Origin: Squalus acanthias
Lineage: Eukaryota
Length of the DNA stretch: 64,000 bases
Direction of reading: 5' to 3'
Assembly (NCBI GenBank): GCA_030390025.1
Contig: CM059443.1
Location: forward strand, 68,076,001 to 68,140,000
Shown: positions 1-12,197 of the stretch, in pieces
Layout: every line of letters begins with the position of its first letter
Position numbering within the stretch: position 1 is the first letter of the stretch
Notes under the pieces: model-generated
Seen by the model: only the letters and a program-made list of their open reading frames with translations
The model's database searches: none
What the model was told of the DNA's origin: nothing
Position numbers and translations under genes: made by a program

Positions 1-190
1 TCCCCCCTCTCTCCCTCCCCATTCCCCCCTCTCTCTCCCCCCACTCCCCCCTCTCTCCCTCCCCATTCCCCCCTCTCTCTTCCCCCCCGCTCTCTCTCTC
101 TCTCTCTCTTCCCCCCCCTGCCCCCTCTCTCTCCCCCCCCCCCGCCCCCCTCTCTCTCCCTCTCTCTCTTCCCCCCCGCCCTCTCTTTCC
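1..190. repeat. CT-rich low-complexity tract
   Basis: Almost pure C/T runs and (CT)n. Confidence 0.9.
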
Positions 191-1200
191 CTGATCTCTA
201 GGGAAAATGGTTTGTTGTCTCTGATCTATTCCGAAACCTGCAGCCTCATTGCCTCCGAGACTTTTTATGCAATATTGTGATATTCAGCCAGCAACTGACG
301 CCAGACGGAGTAAGGATTCGCACTGCCCCACATCATTTGACCTCTTGACCAAGACCCTCACCCCCTTGGCACTTGGAATTCACAAGAAAGTCCTTCCTTT
401 ACAAGAGGAAATGGCCGAGAAAAGATAATCTGGAATCTGTGGGTCGCAAATAAAGCCAGACACTGGAGCAAATTTATCCAGAAATGATTGCTGTGTTGCT
501 CTGTTGTTGAGGGAGTCTTTATACATTCGTTATCACGTGGTCCCCACAGTCCCATTTAGAATCATGCTTCTTAACTGTAGCCAATTTCTAACATTTCTTG
601 GGGATTTCTCTGTTAATATTCGCACAGGATTTCTCACTCTCCAAAGCAGGTTTGCAGCAATAATATCATTTTAGAAATAAATTGCACATGTGTTGTGGAG
701 TTTCTGAGTCCAGCTCTCTCACTGCGAGATCACTAGAGGATCAACAGGGGGAGGAAGGTGCATCTGTACTGGGATCTCAGCGCTGTGTGAGTGGTACTAA
801 ACTCTCCTATAATGTGTAGGTGACTCAAACACACAGACCCCCCCCCAGTGCAGAGGGTGGGTGAGTGCAGTTTGAACATTTTTGAAAACTAAGATTAGTT
901 TTTTTTGGATTGTCCATGCTGAGCACCAGAATTAAGAACAGACGTTTACAAAGAACTACACTAAGCACAACCAATTTTGTGAGCCTCTTTCTCTCCCTGA
1001 CTCCCTTCCCCCACCAACCCAAACAACACTCGGTCTGGATCCTATTTGGAATAAGTAGATTGTGAATTGTTGGGCTGTAAGCCACGGCCTTTGATTCTGG
1101 AGCCACAAGCCATAGTTTGAAACTGCACTGAGGGAACAGGTTGTGATGGGGACTGAACGGGACACTGAGGTAATTCTAACATCTGGCTGCTTTATTTCAG

Positions 1201-1337
1201 GGGAACTTGTGGTGAGTGAGACCAGTAACGTCAGAAAATGCATCGCTACGGACACAAGCGCACACGATCTCTACGGGACACTACTATGCACCAACTTCAA
1301 GATCTCCTTCATTACAAAGGATGTGACACCTTTTCGG
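1201..1337 (+). CDS. MTMR10: Myotubularin-related protein 10, exon 3 (human numbering); first exon in window
   Basis: tttcag|GG...CGG|gtttgt. Encodes GELVVSETSNVRKCIATDTSAHDLYGTLLCTNFKISFIT, matching human GEIVVNEVNFVRKCIATDTSQYDLWGKLICSNFKISFIT. The 14 exons in the window join in frame (2168 nt). Confidence 0.93.
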
Positions 1338-1416
1338 GTTTGTGCACTCTTGTAAACTTTCAACTCTTTAGTGAATATCTTTTACAATAAGTACAAACAA
1401 GTATTTCATAGAATCC

Positions 1417-1727
1417 TAGACTAGAGAAACTGGGATTGTTCTCCTTGAAGCAGAAAAGGTTAAGGGGAGATTTAATAGAAGTGTTCAAAATCATGAAGGA
1501 TTTTGTTTGAGTAAATAAGGAGAAACTGTTTCCACTGGCAGGAGGGCCGGTAACCAGAGGACACAGATTTAAGATAATTGGCAACCAGAGGGAGATGAGA
1601 ATTTTTTTAAGCAGCGAGTTGTTATGATCTGGAATGCGCTGCCTGAAAGGGCGGTGGAAGCAGATTCAATAGTAACTTTCAAAAGGGAATTTGATATATA
1701 TTTGAAAAGGAAAAATTTGCAGGGTTA
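1417..1727 (+). mobile_element. Older CR1 3' fragment, split by the full-length CR1; continues at 6617-6724
   Basis: C-terminal RT-like sequence. The tail resumes at 6621 (tagggaaagagtagggg...gaatggcctccttctg), colinear with the copy at 44390-44510. Confidence 0.8.
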
Positions 1728-1825
1728 CATAGACATAGAAACATAGAAGATAGGAGCAGGAGTAGGCCATTCGGCCCCTCGAGCCTGCTCCGCCATTCGA
1801 TGAGATCATGGCTGATTATCTAAAC

Positions 1826-4800
1826 TCAGTACCCTGTACCTGCCTTCTCCCCATATCCCTTGATACCTTTAGCTTTAAGAAATATATCTAACTCATCCTT
1901 GAATATATTTAATGACTTCGCCTCAACTACCTTCTGTGGTAGAGAATTCCACAGGTTCACCACTCTCTGGGTGAAGAAATTCTTCCTCATTTCTGTCCTA
2001 AATGGTTTACCCGTTATCCGTAGATTATGACCCCTGGTTCTGGACTCTCCGACCATCGGGAACATTCTTCCTGCATCTAGTTTGTCCAGACCTGTCAGAA
2101 TTTTATATGTTTCGATGAGATCCCCTCTCATTCTTCTATACTCCAGTGAGTATAAGCCCAATCGACCCAATCTCTCCTCGTATGTCATTCCTGCCATCCC
2201 AGGTATCAGCCTTGTGAATCTTCGCTGAACTCCTTCCATGGCAAGAACATCCTTCCTCAGATAAGGCGACCAAAACTGCACACAGTACTCAAGGTGTGGT
2301 CTCACCAAGGCCCTGTACAACTGCAGCAGGACATCCCTGTTCCTATACTCAAACCCTTTCGCTATGAAGGCCAACATACCATTTGCCTTCTTCACCGCCT
2401 GCTGCACCTGCAAGCTTACTTTCAGCGACTGGTGCACAAGGACACCCAGGTCTCGTTGCACTTCCCCTTCTCCCAATCTATTGCCATTCAGATAATAGTC
2501 TGCCTTTCTGTTTTTGACACCAAAGTGGATAACCTCGCACTTATCCACGTTATATTGCATCTGCCACGCTTCTGCCCACTCACCCAACCTGTCCAGATCA
2601 TCCTGGAGTTTCTCGCTATCCTCCTCGCTGCACACACTCCCACCCAGCTTTGTGTCATCTGCAAACTTGGAGATATTACATTTAATTCCCTTATCTAGAT
2701 CATTAATGTATATTGTGAATAGCTGGGGTCCAAGGACCGATCCCTGCGGTACCCCACTAGTCACTGCTTGCCACTCGGAAAAAGACCCATTAATTCCTAC
2801 TCTCTGCTTTCTGTCCGCCAACCAGTTCTCTATCCAAGTCAATACCTTGCCCCCAATCCCATGTGCCTTAACTTTACCCGCTAATCTCTTATGCGGGACG
2901 TTATCGAAAGCCTTTTGAAAGTCCAAATACACCACATCTACTGGTTCTCCCTTATCTATTTTCCCAGTTACATCCTCAAAAAATTCCAGTAGATTAGTCA
3001 AGCACGATTTACCTTTTGTAAATCCATGTTGACTTTGTCCGATCCTGTCACTGTTTTTCAAATGCTCAGCTATTACATCCTTTATAATGGACTCTAGCAT
3101 TTTCCCCACTACCGATGTCAGGCTTACCGGTCTGTAATTCCCTGCTTTCTCTCTACCACCCTTTTTGAATAGTGGGGTAACATTAGCTACCCTCCAATCC
3201 ATGGGTACAGTTCCAGATTCCATCGAATGTTGGAAGATGATCAGCAATGCATCTACTATTTCTAGGGCCACTTCCTTAAGTACCCTAGGATGTAGATTAT
3301 CCGGCCCTGGGGATTTATCGGCCTTCAATACCGTCAATTTCCCTAACACCATTTCCCTGCAAATTCTGATTTCTTTCAGTTCCTCCCTTTCATCAGACCG
3401 TATGTTCTCCAACATCTCTGGGAGGTTATTTGTGTCCTCCTTTGTGAAGACAGAACCAAAATATGCATTTAATTGGGCTGCCATTTCTTTGTTCCCCATT
3501 ATAACTTCCCCCGCTTCTGACTGCAAGGGACCTACACTTGATTTCACTAATCTTTTTCTCTTCACATATCTATAAAAGCTCTTACAGTCAGTTTTTATGT
3601 TCCCAGCAAGCTTACTTTCATATTCTATTTTCCCCTTCTTAATTAATCCCTTTGTCCTCCTTTGTTGAATCCTAAACTGCTCCCAATCCTCAGGGCTACC
3701 GCTTTTTCTGGCCAATTTATATGCCTTCTCATATGGGCAACACGGTGGCATAGTGGTTAGCACTGGTGCCTCACAGCGCCAGAGACCCGGGTTCGAATCT
3801 AGCCTCGGGTGACTGTCTGTGTGGAGTTTGCACATTCTCCCCGTGTCTGCGTGGGTTTCCTCCGGGTGCTCCGGTTTCCTCCCACAGTCCAAAAATGTGC
3901 GGGTTAGGTTGATTTGGCTATGATAAATTGACCCTTAGTGTTAGGGGGGGATTAAATATGTGGGGTTACGGGGATAGGATGGGATATGTTAGGGGGAATT
4001 AAATACGTGGAGTTACGGGGATAGGGTGGGATATGTGTCGGTGCAGGCTCGATGGGGATTCTGTGGGAGAAAGCAGGGACAGGGTACTGGATTTGGATGA
4101 TCAGCCATGATCGTATTGAATGGTGGAGCAGGCTCGACGGGCTGAATGGCCTACTCCTGCTCCTAGTTTCTATGTTTCTATGTTTCTCCTTGGATCTTAT
4201 GCTATCCCTAATTTCCCTTGTTAGCCACGGTTGAGTCACCCTTTTTGTTTTATTCTTATGCCACACTGGGATGTACAAATTCTGTAGTTCATCCATGCAG
4301 TCTTTGAATGTTTGCCATTGCCTATCCACTGTCAACCCCTTGAGTGACATTCCCCAATCAATCCTACCCAATTCGCGCCTCATACCATCGTAGTTTCCTT
4401 TATTTAAATTCAGGACCCTAGTCTCTGATTCAACTACTTCACTCTCCATCCTAATGAAGAATTCTATCATATTATGATCACTCTGACCCAAGGGGCCTCG
4501 TACAACAAGATTGCTAATTAATCCTTTCTCATTGCATAATACCCAGTCTAAGATGGCCTGATCTCTGGTTGGTTCCTCGACATATTGTTCCAGAAAACCA
4601 TCTCGTAAACATTCTAGGAATTCCTCTTCCACAGTATTTTTACTAATTTGGTTAGCCCAATCTATATGTAAATTAAAGTCACCCATGATGACTGCTGTGC
4701 CCTTACTGCATGCTTCTCTAATTTCCCTTTTAATGCCGTCCCCAACCTCTGGAGGTCTATATACCACTCCCACTAACGTTTTCTGCCCCTTGTTATTTCT

Positions 4801-5133
4801 CAGTTCTACCCATACAGATTCCGCATCATCAGAGCTAATATCCTTCCTTTCAATTATGTTAATCCCCTCTTTAACCAGCAATGCTACCCCACCTCCCTTT
4901 CTTTTTTGCCTATCTTTCCTAAATATTGAATAACCATGGATGTTGAGTTCCTAGCCTTGGCCACCCTGGAGCCATGTTTCTGTAATCCCAATCAAATCGT
5001 ATTCATTTACCTCTATTTGCGCAGCTAATTCATCCACCTTGTTCCGAATGCTCCTTGCATTAAGACACAAAGCCTTCAGGCTTGTTTTTTTAACGCTCTC
5101 AGACCTATATGAATTATTATTTACTGTGACCAT
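1826..5133 (-). pseudogene. CR1 ORF2 (APE endonuclease + reverse transcriptase), interrupted
   Basis: Endonuclease motifs CLNARS, ITETW, GDFN and SDHN; RT motifs GVPQGSVLGP and FADD. One in-frame TAG at 4951-4953. Removing the SINE restores the frame (SIRSKEK/AYKL). Confidence 0.93.
3731..4183 (+). mobile_element. tRNA-derived V-SINE (HE1-like) with CR1-derived tail
   Basis: A box (tggcatagtgg), B box (ggttcgaatc), V-domain-like core (gtggagtttgcacattctccccgtgtctgcgtgggtttcctccggg) and CR1 tail. TSD ttctc (3726-3730, 4184-4188). Confidence 0.88.
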
Positions 5134-5255
5134 GTTTGATTTAAACCGTTGAGTTCTTTGCCTTCTACTTTTGTTTTTCTCCTTCCTGTCTTTAGCTTTT
5201 ATCCTTATTTCCCTTTCCTCTGTCTCCCTGCTCAGGTTCCCAACCCCCTGCCACT

Positions 5256-6209
5256 TTAGTTTAAACCCTCCCCAACAGAACTAGCAAACACTCCCCCTAG
5301 GACATCGGTCCTGGCCCTGCCCAGGTGCAGACCGTCCCGTTTGTACTGGTCCCACCTCCCCCAGAACCGGTTCCAATGTCCAAGGAATTTGAATCCCTCC
5401 CCCTTGCACCATTCCTCTAGCCACGTATTCATTTGAAATATCCTCCTATTTCTACTCTGACTAGCACGTGGCACTGGTAGCAATCCTGAGATTACTACCT
5501 TTGAGGTCCTCTTTTTTAATTTACCTCCTAACTCCCTATATTCTGCTTTTAGGACCTCATCCCGTTTTTTACCTATATCGTTGATGCCTATGTGCACCAC
5601 GACAACTGGCTGTTCGCCCTCCCCCTCCAAAGTGTTCTGTAGCCGCTCCGAGACGTCCTTGACCCTTGCACCAGGGAGGCAACACACCATCCTGGAGTCT
5701 CGATTGCGGCCGCAGAAACGCCTATCTAGTCCCCTTACAATTGAATCCCCTATCACTATAGCTCTTCCACACTTTTTCCTCCCAGCCTGTGCAGCAGAGC
5801 CACCCATGGTGCCAGGAAGTTGGCGGCTGCTGCCGGCTTCCCCTGATAAGTCATCCCCCCCAACAGCATCCAAAGTGGTATATCGGTTTGAGAGGGGGAT
5901 GGCCACAGGGGACCCCTGCACTACCTGCCTGCACCTCTTACTCTGCCTGGTGGTCACCCATTCACTTCCTGCCTGTACACCCTTTACCTGCGGTGTGACC
6001 AACTCGCTAAACGTGTTATTCACGACGTTCTCAGCGTCGCGAATGCTCCAATATGCATCCATCCGCAGCTCCAGCGCCGCAATGCGGTCCGTCAGTAGCT
6101 GCAGCTGGATACATTTCCCACACACATGGTCGTCAGGGACACAGGAAGTGTCCCTGATTTCCCACATATTGCAGGAGGAGCATATCACGGCGCCGAGCTC
6201 TGCTGCCAT
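5256..6209 (-). CDS. CR1 ORF1p (Zn-finger/coiled coil + SGNH esterase)
   Basis: Intact 317-aa ORF with CSSC...CGKC, GDSIVR, VVHIGINDI and DGLHL motifs. Confidence 0.9.
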   Translation of the reverse strand: MAAELGAVICSSCNMWEIRDTSCVPDDHVCGKCIQLQLLTDRIAALELRMDAYWSIRDAENVVNNTFSELVTPQVKGVQAGSEWVTTRQSKRCRQVVQGSPVAIPLSNRYTTLDAVGGDDLSGEAGSSRQLPGTMGGSAAQAGRKKCGRAIVIGDSIVRGLDRRFCGRNRDSRMVCCLPGARVKDVSERLQNTLEGEGEQPVVVVHIGINDIGKKRDEVLKAEYRELGGKLKKRTSKVVISGLLPVPRASQSRNRRIFQMNTWLEEWCKGEGFKFLGHWNRFWGRWDQYKRDGLHLGRARTDVLGGVFASSVGEGLN

Positions 6210-7369
6210 GACTTACCCTTTAATTAATTAATTAATTAATTAATTAATTAAAATTAAACTAATTGAATCCCACCAATTTCACTTCAATTAAATGATATAC
6301 TCAAGGGCCCTTGCTTAACAGCAGTCCCCGCTACACCACAGAGACTCTAGAAACTATAAACCACAGAATTTAAGTTTGGAAAAAAGGAGAAAAAGAGAAA
6401 TACTCACCAACCAATCACTTACCTGCTTTCTGGTGACGTCACACTTTGATTATTTTCTACTTCTCTCTCTCCCGCTCTCGGGGCTCAGATTGGTAAGCCT
6501 ACCTGGTCGCCGCTGTCGCTCCACCCAGGTCCGCTGCCTCTGTGGGCCTACCTGGTCGCCGCTTCTTTTAAAGCCGCCGCCTCGCCGCAGCCGCTCCACC
6601 CAGGTCCGCCGCCTCTGTTATAGGGAAAGAGTAGGGGAGTGGGACTAATTGGGTAGCTCTTTCAAAGAGCCGGCATGGGCACGATGGGCTGAATGGCCTC
6701 CTTCTGCGTGGTGTGATTCCACGAGGCCATTTGGCCCATTGCACCAAGCTGGTGTTAGCTCTCCATTCATCAATTTAGCGTTACATTATAAAACAAAAGA
6801 TACAGAAGACTGGAAGGTTTTCCACTGGTTTCAGTGATACTGGGCATCTCAGTATAAAATACTACACGCCAAAGAAATGGATCAGGTAGATAAAGTGATC
6901 GAAACCAGCGCAGCAGCCTATGCTACATAACTATTAGATGTTCGCAACACTAAAGTGAAACTAAATACACGTGCATGAGCTTCCTGTCACTCCCGCCACC
7001 CACTCTGTGCCCCAGCAGTAAGTTGTTATCGCTTCCTTCCTCCATTCTACTGAACCACGGCAGTGAATCACGCCCAACAAGCTGTGGATGTGTGGATTAA
7101 GCTTGCCAGATGACTGGACGAGGAAAACGGTCAGGGAAAGTTGTACCTTCATATCGGGATTTAAAGGAGTGGTTTTCCTGGGAGTTAGAGAACACTCCTG
7201 CCAAGGAACATCTGGGGCTAGAAGTACTGAAACCTCTGCTTCTCCGGCCGGTTGACGGTGTTCCCCTTCTCACTGTTGCTCTGCTGCTATTTGTAGAGAC
7301 CTCAGCAGCTACTCCAATACGGTCCTCCTCACATAACCATATCTTATAGTATTGTACAAGAGGGAGAGG

Positions 7370-8330
7370 CAGACATTAGCAAACCACGAAGGATATTGGG
7401 TATGAGGAGAAGGCTTTTGAAGACATAGAGAAGTAGTGAGTGGTGTTGGAGAGAGTTCAGGGGGTGGCGTGTCATGGCTGAAAGATGGGCCTATATTAGA
7501 GATGCAGAGGCTGCTGGAACAAGCAGTAATCCAGACTTCGAGGGGCAGAGGGTGCAGGTTGAGTATGTCTAAAGGTTTCCTATTGGGGCAGAGGGTGCAG
7601 GTTGAGTATGTCTAAAGGTTTCCTATTAGGGCAGAGGGTGCAGGTTGAGTATGGCTAAAGGTTTCCTATTGGGGCAGAGGGTGCAGGTTGAGTATGGCTA
7701 AAGGTTTCCTATTGGGGCAGAGGGTGCAGGTTGAGTATGTCTAAAGGTTTCCTATTGGAGCAGAGGGTGCAGGTTGAGTATGGCTAAAGGTTTCCTATTG
7801 GGTGGCTCAAGGCTATGAAGGAATTTGAAAGCATGGACGGGGGTTTTGAAATCAGTCTTCTGAGGTACAGAGTGCCAAAGGCACAGAGAAGTTGATGGAC
7901 AACAGGCCATGGTCACACTTACGGAGGAAGTCATTGATGATCTGCTGTGGGCATGGAGGGACTTGAACCTGGAGAGGTTAGAGATGTGAGGCCATAGTTG
8001 GGTAGCAACTACATTCAGGGATCTTGGAGAGCAAAGGGCAAGTTGGAGTTCCAATTGTAGTTTCAGAAGATCAGTTGAGGTTGGGCTGTTTCCAGAAGAG
8101 GTTTGATGACTGCTGTTCTGAAAGGGCTGGGACCAATGTCTGACTATGGGAGAGGTTGATGATGTCAAAGAAGACTGGGGCCAAGAAGGGGAAGTAAGGT
8201 AGTTGGCTAAGAAGGGGATTGAAGGAGCAGCTGGATGGAGCTTATTAGAAGAGATGAGACTGTTGAGGGTGCATAGGGATGGGAGGGAAGCTAGGCAATG
8301 TAAGAGATGGGGGCAGGGTTTGGAAGGAGC
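7370..8330 (-). mobile_element. Degenerate L2-like LINE fragment
   Basis: Minus-strand WHSVPQKTDFKTPVHAFKFLHSLEPP resembles the L2 C-terminal WLPV..RIDFKILL..FKALHGLAPP. Boundaries are approximate. Confidence 0.5.
7542..7803. repeat. 43-bp minisatellite, ~6 copies
   Basis: Unit ggggcagagggtgcaggttgagtatgtctaaaggtttcctatt. Confidence 0.92.
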
Positions 8331-9276
8331 TGAGGATGTGAGTGATAGGGGATTGTAGGGGTCAGAGGAGGCACAGGCGACTGAGTGGATAGCCCAAATT
8401 AAAAAAATTATATAATGAGAGTGTAACGCACAGTGTGTTATATGACAATGAGGGGAGTGTTATAGCGGGTAACGCACAGTGGGGGAGTGGATACATTTTA
8501 TGGCCCTTTCCTGACAGACACAGTCTTAGGAACGCTGTCTGCTTCACTTGACTTGTCCCTAATCACTGCCCCATTCATCAGAGTCTATTAAGGAGATTAA
8601 AAGTGGAAAAGTTGTCTGAGCGGAAGCACGTGCCCAAACAGGTTCAGCAAATGAAGAATTGGGCCTGGCAGTGCAGCACGAGGAGCTGAAAGTCTGTGCT
8701 GAATCACTCTCATTCCATCACTGTAATCAACCCTAGGCAGCTGAGGTAAGAGTGACCAGAATATGTAGGAAAAATCCGAATGATAATTTAATACAGGAAA
8801 ATTTCCTCTATTATTTGTAATGGAAACATGCTTTATATGAATGCATTTTACGATTTAGCCATTAGCAAGTACATCAGAGTGGTGTGCTAAAGATATGTGG
8901 GCTGATTGTTGGTGTTCCCCAGAGTCCCTTTAAGGTTGTCCTTAGTTTGCAGGTGTAGGTAGGTTAGAGTTAGGAGGTGACTTCAAACCCGTATCACATG
9001 GGATTAACACCGGGATTTTAATTTTACATCATTTTCTTCCACTGCAGTTACAGATTGCATGTTTCATTCTGCTCCAATTATTGACTGCTGCCACATTGCC
9101 TGGGAGTGCAGATACTTGCACTGTAAACCTGCAACCTAACTGTCTCATAAGACTATATTCTTATATTTGCACTCTTAAGGTGCAAAACAAAGTAAAGATA
9201 CCCAAATTCTTACTGACTGTCCTTCTCCTGTGAATGGGTCGGATTTTGATTCTAACTTTTAACTTTTCAACCATAG

Positions 9277-9349
9277 AAATTTCAGTACAGAAACCTGCTG
9301 CTGGAGGAGCATGACATCTCTCTGACCTGTGTGGAGCAGGTTGTGGCAG
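9277..9349 (+). CDS. MTMR10: MTMR10 exon 4
   Basis: ccatag|...G|gtacgg; KFQYRNLLLEEHDISLTCVEQVVA. Confidence 0.92.
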
Positions 9350-10281
9350 GTACGGCGATCTCCGATCATCTGCACCATTTCTCATACAGACCAATCCCTG
9401 GCCTATATTGCTGGTATGCTAAATTGAAATTTGCCAATGCCAGAAGTCTGAAATAAAAACAAAAAATGCTGGAAAGCAGCATTTGAAAAGAAGAAAGAGA
9501 GATTAGCGTTTCAGGTCTGGATCATAAACATTATCTTTACAGACTGTGACTGCGTTGCTGTTTATTTCTGATTTAACTTTCTCCTGTGGGGTATAAATTA
9601 AGGAGGTTGGGTTGTGGATTGTTCTCACACTGGTGTTTTTCAATATTTATTGTGTCTCATTACCAGAAAGTGTCTGATTACGGGACTGTTAGAGGCGGTT
9701 CTATGTCAGCCGCTTGTGATGGATTCCATGTTCTAATGACCCTTTGCATCAAAGGTTTCTTCTAAGCTCCCTCATTATGCCTGTAATATTCCTGAATTTA
9801 TCGTTCCTTGTTACAGTTCACTACCCAGTGCAACTGTGCACAGCAGGAATGGAATCTGGGAGTTTCTCAATCTGTGTGTCTCAGTACCACACCGGGTGGG
9901 GAATTACTAACAGCCATGGGGAGATTGCAGGTCTTTTAAATCCCCCAAGTTGTGCTTCGTGTCCACGTTAGAAGTCTGTTACTGAGAGTGTCTCGCTCTC
10001 TCCAGGCTTTATTCCACAATTAGGTTGACCCCGCTGAACTTTCCTATCTTGTTCCTGTGGTTTATGCACTCTTCCTCATCAGTGCATCCTCTCTGTGTTG
10101 AAATAAAGTCTTATCGTGCAGTTTCCTACTCTCTCACTCATTCCAAGAACCTCCTCACCTCCCTCAGATTTCCCTTTCCTTCCTCCCACAATCTGCCGGC
10201 TTTGAAAAGCCAAGCATGGTGTCACCGAGCCACTTCCTCCAGCTTTACCTTGTCTCTATGGATCTTGAACCTCCTTACTGG

Positions 10282-10545
10282 CCTACACTCTGGGTCACAA
10301 CCCTTCACCCTTGGTGCTGTCCTACACTCTGGGTCATGACCCTTCACCCTTGGTGCTGTCCTACACTCTGGGTCACAACCCTTCACCCTTGGTGCTGTCC
10401 TACACTCTGGGTCATGACCCTTCACCCTTGGTGCTGTCCTACACTCTGGGTCATGACTCTTCACCCTTGGTGCTGTCCTACACTCTGGGTCATGACCCTT
10501 CACCCTTGGTGCTGTCTTACACTCTGGATCTTGACCCTTCACCTG
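10282..10545. repeat. 39-bp minisatellite, ~6.5 copies
   Basis: Unit cctacactctgggtcatgacccttcacccttggtgctgt. Confidence 0.92.
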
Positions 10546-12052
10546 GAATTCTCAAGCTGATTTGATTTAGGATTTCAGAGTTCAAAAATAAATTTAGGCA
10601 TTTGGCTAAATTTCAGTGTAAGAAAATACGATTTCAATCTGGCATTTCACGAGCTTTTGGAAACTTTCTTTGCTGCTGAAGGGCTGTGCTATTCAGTGGC
10701 AGTGCCACGTCTTGGACCTATTTTAGTTTATATGCTGTAATAATAAACCATCCACGGTACTTGTAGCTGCACCTCGCTCGGACTGTTCCTGGCTCCATCC
10801 TGGATTGAATGTCACCAGTCCACAGTAAACAATAAATCTCCTTTCCTGAATGTGCGCAGGAGCCTATTTGTCCCTCTGGTGTTTTTAACATTTCTATTCC
10901 AATTAGCCTGGTGCTGTTCTGCCTGTAGCTCAGTCTTTCATTAATCTGCAGGCAGCTAATTAACAAGGTTGTTGTAAATTGGAGGAATGGGCTTGGTCGG
11001 ACCTCCCATTCAAGGAGGATTGGGGCCTTTTTATCCGTGCTAGCCGGCTCCTGCCATTCCTCTCTTTATATAATATCCTAACGACACCTCGGGTACGGCC
11101 GCTGAGAGTCCACATTCCCTCTTGAACTGCACCCAACTGGTTTTAGAATTCAATGGGTGCCATCAGCTCCTGTTACCCGCACACACAGCCATTCTTCATG
11201 GAGCCCAGGGTGAGTTGCCAGCAGGCTATTTGGCCAAGATGGGTTATTGCAGCCGAGCCTACCTCGTCCAACATCCACACACCTTGGATGATATTTTTTG
11301 CTTCTCCTTATCCCAGGGACACAGGCTAATTGTAGTTGCTTATCCTGCCTTGCTGAGATCAGCTCACTCAACATAAACTGAGGTTAGGACATAGAATGTC
11401 CTGCCAGGAATAACGATGGAAACGGAATCAACAATCCCTTTTTAAAGGGAAGTGGATAAATATTACCACACCACACAGGGCTGTGAGGCAGTGGCGAGCT
11501 TATCTGGTAGCGATGTCTGCGAGCCAGTTGGACCTTAACATTTGGCCCCAGCTTCTGTCACTAACATGGGGCAGGGGTTTGTCTGCAAAATTCCCAAAAC
11601 TAGGGGTAATGGGATCGCCTGCAGTCTGCTGAACAAATTTGGACACGCTGTTAGTTACGTGACGGGAAACTCTAACCACAGAGTTTTCAAAGTTGGTGCC
11701 TGCAGATATATTGATGCCCTTGGCCTTGTATCTTGAGAGCTAAAAAGTTAATTTCATGCAAGTAGGTTGGCAAGGAATGGGGGAAATGGCAGATTCAGCA
11801 AAGGTAGACAGGCTGAACTGTGAAAAGTCATTAAAAAAAGAATTGGGGACAGAATTGTGAAATGAGCATAGATTCCGAAAAGAGCTGATTATTAATTTAC
11901 GGCATAGTTCCAAAACACGTACGTGTGCGGCATGCATATGCGCGCGTGTAACATGCATGTGCTTTTCACTATTTACATGTCAGTCTTGCTATGGCAGAGG
12001 GAGCGTGTTTCTGACCACGGTTGGGTTAAATGTTGTGCTTTCCTTTGTCCAG

Positions 12053-12195
12053 TGAATGATGCGAGGAAGAAGAGGAAGGTTCTGGGACCGAACCAGTACC
12101 TGAAGTTTAAACCCACTGAGCTGATCATTTACTGCAAGGATTTCCGCATCATTCGCTTCCGCTTCGACGAGTCTGTTCCAGAATCTGCCAGAAAG
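12053..12195 (+). CDS. MTMR10: MTMR10 exon 5
   Basis: gtccag|...AAG|gtgaaa; NDARKKRKVLGPNQYLKFKPTELIIYCKDFRIIRFRFDESVPESARK. Confidence 0.95.
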
Positions 12196-12197
12196 GT

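Larger units (their letters stand above)
1728..6616 (-). mobile_element. Full-length, young CR1 LINE (ORF1 + ORF2), disrupted by one nonsense codon and a SINE
   Basis: Has a 5'UTR, ORF1, APE-RT ORF2 and a 3' (TTCTATGT)n-type tail. Flanked by gtta/gtta (1724-1727, 6617-6620). Confidence 0.95.

Noticed and set aside
3735-3810. tRNA gene
   Set aside because: The A/B boxes belong to the SINE head, with no complete cloverleaf.
1826-3892. 688-aa ORF as an intact RT gene with a novel N-terminus
   Set aside because: The first ~54 aa are antisense SINE sequence fused by chance to the CR1 RT frame.
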